Below are positions 28,267 to 34,439 of a stretch of DNA of 34,439 nucleotides, piece by piece. Within the stretch, counting starts at the first letter, position 1; each line of letters opens with the position of its first letter. The notes under the pieces were generated by a model that saw only the letters and a list, made by a program, of their open reading frames with translations, made no database searches and was not told the DNA's origin. The stretch lies in the sequence record SRR22947725_1014; one strand, given 5' to 3'. A program made the position numbers and the translations under genes.

Positions 28267-29331
28267 CTATAGACTAAATATTCCACACGACACATTAGCT
28301 TTTACCACTTCCTTAGCTCCAATATTGTACATCGCATTAATAATTCTATTTTCATTTTTTTCGTTCGACAATATTAATATCGAACCTCCGCCACCTGAAC
28401 CAATTATTTTTGCACCGTATGCTCCATTTTCAATAGCTAAATCAATCATTTCATCAATTAAAGGAACTGTAGTCGATAAATCATTTTTTAAAATGTTATG
28501 ATGCCTGTTCATCAAAATTCCTAACTTATTGAGATTTGGATTTATTTTTTTTAATTCTATATAAGCTTCTTGAGTAATCGAATGATTTTCTACAGCAGCT
28601 TTAAAGTATTTATATGAGGTTTTGTTCATTTGATTTTCATACTTACTAACATCTTTAATAGAAATTTCACTTAAGCTAAAATTCGGATTGTTTAAAATGA
28701 TATTATCAATAGAACTAATAGTTTTATTTTTTAAATTTTTTAAAACTAAATCAGTTTTTTTCATAACGCCAGAATTCGCTATTATGAAATTTTTAAAAGG
28801 GTTACTTATTTTTTTATAACTAAAAGCGCTTTTAGTTTCTAAAAAAATGGTGTTTCCAATTGATATTGAATACTGATCCATTCTACCGCCTGACCCACCC
28901 TGTTCAACTACCTCACTTTGATAAGCTAGTTCAGCTACAAATTCTTCTGAACTTTTTTTTGAATCAAAAATTTTTAAAAAAAATCCAATTAAAGCCACAT
29001 TTAAAGCTGATGAACTTGAAATGCCTGCATTTATGAAAATATCACTTCTAATTTTTATATCGTACCCTTTGTCAATTTTTATATTATTTTTCTTTAATGT
29101 CTTAATAACATAACGAATATGATCTCCTTTTTTTATAACTGAAAAATCTTCATCTAATTTTATCTTAATTACTTGATCAAAATCAATCAAAGAGAACAAT
29201 AAATAATTTGTGTTATTTGGGACTCCTTCAACAACCATATATTTATTTATCGCACAAGCAATAACTGGAAGACCAAGATAATCTTGATGATCTCCGAATA
29301 AACAAATTCTTGCAGGTGCTTTTGAAATCAT
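28267..29331 (-). CDS. Galactokinase-like GHMP sugar kinase
   Basis: APARICLFGDHQDY, AGISSSSA, GRMDQY and GAKIIGSGGGG. Confidence 0.8.
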   Translation of the reverse strand: MISKAPARICLFGDHQDYLGLPVIACAINKYMVVEGVPNNTNYLLFSLIDFDQVIKIKLDEDFSVIKKGDHIRYVIKTLKKNNIKIDKGYDIKIRSDIFINAGISSSSALNVALIGFFLKIFDSKKSSEEFVAELAYQSEVVEQGGSGGRMDQYSISIGNTIFLETKSAFSYKKISNPFKNFIIANSGVMKKTDLVLKNLKNKTISSIDNIILNNPNFSLSEISIKDVSKYENQMNKTSYKYFKAAVENHSITQEAYIELKKINPNLNKLGILMNRHHNILKNDLSTTVPLIDEMIDLAIENGAYGAKIIGSGGGGSILILSNEKNENRIINAMYNIGAKEVVKANVSCGIFSL

Positions 29332-29335
29332 TTAT

Positions 29336-30868
29336 CTATTGTTCAAGTGAAGGAATGATGAATTGTTTTAAGTAGGGAGTGCTATGAGCCTCACTAAGCT
29401 TTTGCTCAAGTTCATTAACTATTTCAGGATTTTTTAAAGAAACATCATTCAATTCTTTTTCATCAGATGTTAAATCAAACAGCTTTAGTTTTGAAGGGTT
29501 TTTAAATAAATTATTTTTAACACCTTTCCATTTTCCCATTCTAATTGCTTGCAAACCACCACTTGCAGGATATTCCCAATACAAATAATCGTGTTTGGCT
29601 TGAATTCCTCCAATCATTTCATGGTAAAAACTTATTCCATCTGTTTCAACATTATTTTTAATCCCTGCAACATCACATGCAGTTTCAAAAAAATCATAAA
29701 ATGCCGATATATGGTTTGATTTAGAACCAGACTTTATTTTGTTTGGCCATGAAGCTATCATAGGGACTCTAATACCTCCTTCGCTTACACTTCCTTTCAT
29801 TGTTCTTCTTGAATTGACAAATTTACCTGTGCTATTAAAAAATTTATAATCAACATGATCAACCCACGTTGGGCCATTATCACTGGTAAAAATAATTAGT
29901 GTGTTTTCATATTGATTAATTTCTTTTAATTTCTCAACTAATTCACCAACCTGTTCATCTAAGTAAGAAATCATTGCAGCATAAGTAGCTCTTGGAGTTT
30001 TATTTGGATAATACGATTTTCCAGTGTAAGGGATTTCTTTACCAAATTTTTTTTGATAATATTCAACCCATTTAGTTGGTGCTTGCAATGGTAAGTGTGG
30101 GATTGGAGAAGCGTAGTATAGAAAGAAGGGAGAATCTTCATTTCTTGATATAAAATCCAAAGCTTCATTGTGCATTAAAGTCGGTGCATAATCATTTTGG
30201 TTATATTTTGAATATGATTCATATTTATATGGATCTAGATCGCCAAGTCCTTCTTGTTTTGTAACTATATAATTATTTAATACATCTCTAGTTTCATTTT
30301 TCCATAAGTGAGTTGGATAATAGGTATGTGCTTGTCGTTGACAATTATATCCATAAAAAAAATCAAATCCTTTTTTGTTAGGAATGCTATTAGTCATTGG
30401 TGCTCCAAGTCCCCATTTCCCTACCATTCCTGTCTTATAACCATTTTCATGTAACACTTGAGCTACTGTGACAATAGAGTCTAGAAGAGGTCTTTGCCCT
30501 TCTAAACTAGGGTCTTCAAACATAGCTTTAAAACTCCACACATTTCCTCTTTCAGACCACTCACCGTTAGCTCTTATGTGAGTATTTCCAGAATGTTTTC
30601 CAGTTAACAAAACGCTTCTTGCAGGAGCACAAACAGGAGCTCCAGAATAATGATTAGTAAAGATCATTCCTGATTTTGCTAAATTATCAATATTTGGAGT
30701 TTCAATTACTTTTTGACCAAAAGCACCTACCTCACCATAACCTAAATCGTCAGCTAGTATGTAAATAATATTAGGACGTTGAGTTTCAACAGAAAAATCA
30801 CAAGCATAATTTACGAGTAATAAAAAAGACAAAAATATAATCTGAAATTTTTTTATAAAATATTTCAT
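29336..30868 (-). CDS. Formylglycine-dependent (Cys-type) S1 sulfatase, probably a lipoprotein
   Basis: PNIIYILADDLG, CAPARSVLLTG (CxPxR), GKWGLG, SDNG and EGGIRVP. Confidence 0.92.
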   Translation of the reverse strand: MKYFIKKFQIIFLSFLLLVNYACDFSVETQRPNIIYILADDLGYGEVGAFGQKVIETPNIDNLAKSGMIFTNHYSGAPVCAPARSVLLTGKHSGNTHIRANGEWSERGNVWSFKAMFEDPSLEGQRPLLDSIVTVAQVLHENGYKTGMVGKWGLGAPMTNSIPNKKGFDFFYGYNCQRQAHTYYPTHLWKNETRDVLNNYIVTKQEGLGDLDPYKYESYSKYNQNDYAPTLMHNEALDFISRNEDSPFFLYYASPIPHLPLQAPTKWVEYYQKKFGKEIPYTGKSYYPNKTPRATYAAMISYLDEQVGELVEKLKEINQYENTLIIFTSDNGPTWVDHVDYKFFNSTGKFVNSRRTMKGSVSEGGIRVPMIASWPNKIKSGSKSNHISAFYDFFETACDVAGIKNNVETDGISFYHEMIGGIQAKHDYLYWEYPASGGLQAIRMGKWKGVKNNLFKNPSKLKLFDLTSDEKELNDVSLKNPEIVNELEQKLSEAHSTPYLKQFIIPSLEQ

Positions 30869-30929
30869 TGTTTTGTTTTGAAGTTAGTACTAATTTAAAA
30901 AATTGAAAGAACATCACCAATACATTGAT

Positions 30930-30937
30930 TATCTTTG
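30930..30937 (+). promoter_or_regulatory. -7 promoter box upstream of HMG-CoA reductase
   Basis: TATCTTTG ending 4 nt before the ATG at 30942. Confidence 0.55.
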
Positions 30938-30941
30938 AATA

Positions 30942-32273
30942 ATGAAAAAAGAATTTTTTGAAAATAAAATTGAAGGATTTTCAAGGTTAAGTAAAAAAGA
31001 AAAAATAGATTGGATAGAATCAAATTATTTTAGAAATCAATCTACATCAATTTTAAAAAAGTACTGGAACAATGATAAGGCTTTACAAAAAATTCACGAT
31101 GAGTTTACAGAAAACACACTATCTAATTTTTATTTACCACTTGGCGTTGCACCTAACTTTTTAATTGACGGAAAAGACTATACAATTCCAATGGTTATTG
31201 AAGAAAGTTCTGTGATTGCTGCTGCTTGTAAAGCTGCAAAGTTTTGGAGAAATAAAGGAGGTTTCAAAACTGAAATTTTAAATTTCAAAAAAACAGGTCA
31301 AGTTCATTTTATTTTCAACGGTGAAAAAAATAAATTGTTCAAGTTTTTTAATATTATTAAATCAATATTTTTTGAAGATAGCGATTCATTAAACTCAAGT
31401 ATGAAAGCACGAGGAGGAGGAATATTGGATATTGAAATTTTAGATAAAACTTCTGATATTGAAAACTACTTTCAAATAAATTCAATCTTTGATACTGTAG
31501 ATTCAATGGGTGCAAACTTTATAAATTCGTGTTTAGAACAATTTGCCATTACATTAAAACGAGAAGCTAAAATTTATTCTGAATTTGATGAAAATGAAAA
31601 AGAGATAGATATAATAATGAGTATACTTTCAAATTATGTTCCAGAATGCATAGTAAAAGCTGAGGTGAGTTGTGATATTCAATCTATTGCTGATAATGGA
31701 ATGAAAGGAGAAGAATATGCTAAAAAATTTGCTCAAGCTATTGAAATTGCTAAAACTCAAACCAATAGAGCTGTAACTCATAACAAAGGGATAATGAACG
31801 GAATTGATTCTGTGGTTATTGCTACTGGAAACGATTTTAGAGCAATAGAAGCAGCAGTTCATGCTTATGCAGCTAAAGATGGGTTTTATAAAAGTTTGAC
31901 TGATGTTTCTATAGAAAACAACATATTTAAATTTTGGATTGAAATTCCTTTATCACTTGGAACAGTTGGAGGAATAACAAACCTGCATCCGTTAGTTAAA
32001 TGGTCATTAGATTTATTGGATAATCCAAAAGGAAAAGAACTAATGAAAATAGTTGCAGTAGCTGGACTTGCTCAAAATTTTGGAGCAATCAATTCTTTAA
32101 TAACAACAGGGATTCAAAAAGGACATATGAAAATGCATTTAATAAATATTTTAAATTCATTAAATGCAAACGACAAAGAAAAAGAACAATTAATTAATTT
32201 TTTTAAGAAAAACACTGTTTCTTATAGTTCTGCTAAAAATGAATTAATAAATTTAAGAAAGAATGGATTTTAA
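30942..32273 (+). CDS. mvaA: Class II hydroxymethylglutaryl-CoA reductase
   Basis: EN, PMVIEESSVIAA, DSMGAN, THNKGIMNG, GTVGG and GIQKGHMKMH. Confidence 0.93.
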   Translation: MKKEFFENKIEGFSRLSKKEKIDWIESNYFRNQSTSILKKYWNNDKALQKIHDEFTENTLSNFYLPLGVAPNFLIDGKDYTIPMVIEESSVIAAACKAAKFWRNKGGFKTEILNFKKTGQVHFIFNGEKNKLFKFFNIIKSIFFEDSDSLNSSMKARGGGILDIEILDKTSDIENYFQINSIFDTVDSMGANFINSCLEQFAITLKREAKIYSEFDENEKEIDIIMSILSNYVPECIVKAEVSCDIQSIADNGMKGEEYAKKFAQAIEIAKTQTNRAVTHNKGIMNGIDSVVIATGNDFRAIEAAVHAYAAKDGFYKSLTDVSIENNIFKFWIEIPLSLGTVGGITNLHPLVKWSLDLLDNPKGKELMKIVAVAGLAQNFGAINSLITTGIQKGHMKMHLINILNSLNANDKEKEQLINFFKKNTVSYSSAKNELINLRKNGF

Positions 32274-33162
32274 AATTTCAAGTCCAGGAAAACTTCTAAT
32301 TACAAGCGAATATTATGTAACTAAAGGGGCGCTGGCACTAGCAATTCCTACTAAATTTAGACAAAGCCTAGAATTTAAATGTGACAATTCAAATAAATTA
32401 AAATGGAAAAGTTTTGATGAAAATAATGAACTATGGATAAATTGTGAATTTGAACTTTCTAGTTTTGAAATAAAAAAAAATAAAAATAAGTTCAGTAAAA
32501 CTCTTCAATCAATACTGATTTCTGCAAATAAAATCAATCCTATGTTTTTAAAAAATAATTGTGGAGGATCAGTCTCAACTCATCTAAATTTTTCAAAAAA
32601 ATGGGGTCTAGGAACATCATCTACTTTAATAAATAATATTTCAAAATGGGCTAATATAGATCCCTATGAATTGTTGTGGTCAAACTATAAAGGAAGTGGT
32701 TATGATATTGCATGCGCATTAGCAAAAACACCTATTTTATATAAACTTGAAGATAGTATTCCAATTGCTAAATCAGTACAATTTAATCCTGATTACACTA
32801 AAAATATATTTTTTGTTTATTTAAATAAAAAACAGGACAGTAATAAAGAAATAGATAAATTTTTTGAAATGAAAATTTCTGATCTTAAGATAAAAAAACT
32901 GTCCGATTTAACACTTGAATTTGTTAATTCAAAAACATTATTAGATTTACAAAACTGTATAAAAAAACATGAAAATATAATCTCTGAAACTTTAAAAACA
33001 ATTCCAGTAAAAAATAAATATTTTAACGATTACAAAGGAGAAATCAAAAGTTTGGGAGCGTGGGGAGGAGACTTTATTTTAGCAGCCGGACCAATTAATT
33101 CAAAAAAGTATTTTTATGAAAAGGGATATAAAACAGTGTTTAATTTTAAAGAAATATTTTAA
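32263..33162 (+). CDS. GYDIA-family GHMP kinase, probable phosphomevalonate kinase
   Basis: GKLLITSEY, WGLGTSST, GSGYDIACA and KSLGAWGGDF; overlaps the HMGR stop. Confidence 0.8.
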   Translation: MDFKISSPGKLLITSEYYVTKGALALAIPTKFRQSLEFKCDNSNKLKWKSFDENNELWINCEFELSSFEIKKNKNKFSKTLQSILISANKINPMFLKNNCGGSVSTHLNFSKKWGLGTSSTLINNISKWANIDPYELLWSNYKGSGYDIACALAKTPILYKLEDSIPIAKSVQFNPDYTKNIFFVYLNKKQDSNKEIDKFFEMKISDLKIKKLSDLTLEFVNSKTLLDLQNCIKKHENIISETLKTIPVKNKYFNDYKGEIKSLGAWGGDFILAAGPINSKKYFYEKGYKTVFNFKEIF

Positions 33163-33172
33163 AAAAAACAGT

Positions 33173-33188
33173 TTGGCACGATTAATGT
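33173..33188 (+). promoter_or_regulatory. Sigma54-type (-24/-12) promoter candidate
   Basis: TTGGCACG-ATTA-ATGT: perfect -24 TGGCACG and exact GG-N10-G spacing, but the -12 element is degenerate (ATGT vs TTGC). Confidence 0.5.
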
Positions 33189-33198
33189 ATTTTTAATA

Positions 33199-33262
33199 AC
33201 ACATAATATTTTTGGTTAGTTGTTGTTAAAAATGCTCAGTTTCCTAAAGCTGAGCATTTTTG
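33199..33262 (+). ncRNA. Putative small RNA between the sigma54-like promoter and the terminator
   Basis: Inferred from promoter and terminator geometry; no protein-coding ORF in the interval; U/G-rich single-stranded segment TTTTTGGTTAGTTGTTG. Confidence 0.35.
33228..33261. terminator. Bidirectional intrinsic terminator
   Basis: AAAAATGCTCAG...CTGAGCATTTTT 12-bp inverted repeat between convergent genes. Confidence 0.88.
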
Positions 33263-33268
33263 TTTTTA

Positions 33269-34279
33269 TTATAAATCTAATACCGTTCTGAACCCAACAT
33301 GTTGAGAACTACTATCAGGTGTACTTTTCATTCTCATTGAGTTTCTAAAACCACTACAATAGGAATCGTTACACAAAAAACTTCCTCCTCTCATCACTCT
33401 TTTGGAACTAAATGGATCATTAGGGTCAAAACTTTTTGTTGGACCTTTTGGGTTATTAGCAACCTTATTTGAAATGGTTGAATAATAATCACTGTGATAT
33501 AAATCTGAACACCATTCCCATACATTTCCGGAAATATCATATAACCCAAAATCATTATCACCAAACGATTTAACTGGTGATGTGTAGTAAAAGTCATCTA
33601 AAACCATATTATTTGAAGGAAAATCTCCTTGCCAAACATTTGCCTTTTGCACACCTGTGTCAATAGACTGATTTCCCCACGTGTATGTAGTATTAGAGTT
33701 TCCAGATCTCATAGCATATTCATATTCAGCTTCAGTTGGAAGTCTCCTTCCTTTCCATTTACAATATGCTACAGCATCATCCCAGCTTACATGAATAACT
33801 GGATGATCTAAAATTGTATCAATTGTACTTTCCATTCCATAAGGCTGTTTCCAATTAACTTCTTTTTGAAGCCTCCACCATTGAGAAAAATCGTTTAAAT
33901 TTTTTGTTTTTGATTCAAAAAAAACAAGAGAGGATGGTGCTAATAAACTATCATGAGGTTTTGGAGTATTGGGAGGTAAATATTGCTTTAAATCATTCCA
34001 ATCTATAGTTCTTTCAGCGGTGGTTAAATATCCAGTAGAATCTACGAATTTCTTGAAATCTGCATTAGTAACCTCTGTTTCATCCATAAAAAAAGAATTT
34101 ACAATAACTTTGTGCTGAGGATATTCATCCCTCATAGCTTGGTTGTTGTCTGCCCCCATTAAAAACTCGCCACCATTAATAAAAACCATTCCATTTGGAA
34201 CTTCTTTTATTTCTTGTTTATTAAAAGTATTACACGAAAAATTCAAACTTAAAATAATAAAGAAAATTATTTTTTTCAT
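33269..34279 (-). CDS. Formylglycine-generating enzyme (SUMF1/FGE family) lipoprotein
   Basis: Lipobox NFSC, EVTNADF, HPVIHVSWDDA, RLPTEAEYE, GNVWEWC and RGGSFLCNDSYC (both catalytic Cys). Confidence 0.9.
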   Translation of the reverse strand: MKKIIFFIILSLNFSCNTFNKQEIKEVPNGMVFINGGEFLMGADNNQAMRDEYPQHKVIVNSFFMDETEVTNADFKKFVDSTGYLTTAERTIDWNDLKQYLPPNTPKPHDSLLAPSSLVFFESKTKNLNDFSQWWRLQKEVNWKQPYGMESTIDTILDHPVIHVSWDDAVAYCKWKGRRLPTEAEYEYAMRSGNSNTTYTWGNQSIDTGVQKANVWQGDFPSNNMVLDDFYYTSPVKSFGDNDFGLYDISGNVWEWCSDLYHSDYYSTISNKVANNPKGPTKSFDPNDPFSSKRVMRGGSFLCNDSYCSGFRNSMRMKSTPDSSSQHVGFRTVLDL

Positions 34280-34416
34280 TGCTAAGGGTTTTCTTTTTTA
34301 TAAATGTAATATAAGTAACAATAATTTAGTCATATAATTTAACTGATTAGTATAAAAAATACAGGCTTTAATCCTATTTAATACAATTCTTTTTTTATTT
34401 TTTCTAAATTAGAAGT

Positions 34417-34439
34417 AACAACAACAACAACAACAACAA
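34417..34439 (+). repeat. (AAC)n trinucleotide microsatellite, at least 7.7 units, running off the window end
   Basis: AACAACAACAACAACAACAACAA read directly. Confidence 0.9.

Noticed and set aside
33269..34279. Gliding motility lipoprotein GldJ/GldK
   Set aside because: It shares the SUMF1 fold and a lipobox, but it is shorter, keeps the catalytic Cys pair, and has no gldLMN neighbours.
1352..34337. Short alternative-frame ORFs of 60-99 aa (e.g. 1352-1594, 2555-2791, 5100-5399, 8621-8839, 9850-10038, 11358-11609, 13155-13343, 17236-17454, 18316-18501, 21545-21748, 21985-22221, 22404-22604, 23893-24153, 24820-25068, 27937-28125, 29971-30168, 31629-31862, 33394-33597, 33629-33811, 34143-34337)
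   Set aside because: All lie within or mostly overlap well-supported genes, have no recognisable motifs, and look like shadow ORFs.
34355..34379. Terminator-like hairpin AAAATACAGG...CCTATTT upstream of the FGE gene
   Set aside because: The stem is short, bulged and AT-rich; not convincing.
34417..34439. CRISPR array or telomere-like end
   Set aside because: It is a simple trinucleotide repeat with no spacers and no cas genes.

Overview
AT-rich (roughly 27-30% GC by eye), very compact chromosomal segment of a Bacteroidota bacterium, most likely a marine Flavobacteriaceae member. Support for that assignment: TAnnTTTG promoter boxes, no obvious Shine-Dalgarno sequences, a flavobacterial-type mevalonate pathway, and DUF4296/DUF4271/HemD synteny. 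From left to right: the 3' end of a tRNA (probably Phe) with a terminator; an exported redox glycoside-cleavage (3-ketoglycoside) cluster of Gfo/Idh/MocA, DUF1080, a GMC dehydrogenase with its Tat small subunit, and a divergent ThuA; a long minus-strand run (OmpR/PhoB-type two-component pair, trmB, alkyltransferase-like protein, Mrp, NifU, FNR, mevalonate decarboxylase, mevalonate kinase, a DGGGP-synthase-like UbiA protein, and a pseudouridine-synthase homologue that has lost its catalytic motif); housekeeping genes (LuxE-like protein, tyrS, epimerase, pyrC, Dpm1-like GT2, hemD); a sulfatase/GHMP kinase/SSS transporter/NagB-PIG-L/CutC/POT cluster; HMG-CoA reductase with a GYDIA kinase; and a lipoprotein formylglycine-generating enzyme. 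I saw no mobile element, CRISPR array or rRNA. Best candidates for undescribed biology: (i) a putative ~60-nt sigma54-promoter small RNA at 33.2 kb, (ii) CutC inside a sulfated amino-sugar catabolic operon, (iii) the apparently inactive pseudouridine synthase, and (iv) an Mrp protein with a single cysteine. All family assignments come from motif recognition by eye; no database search was run.
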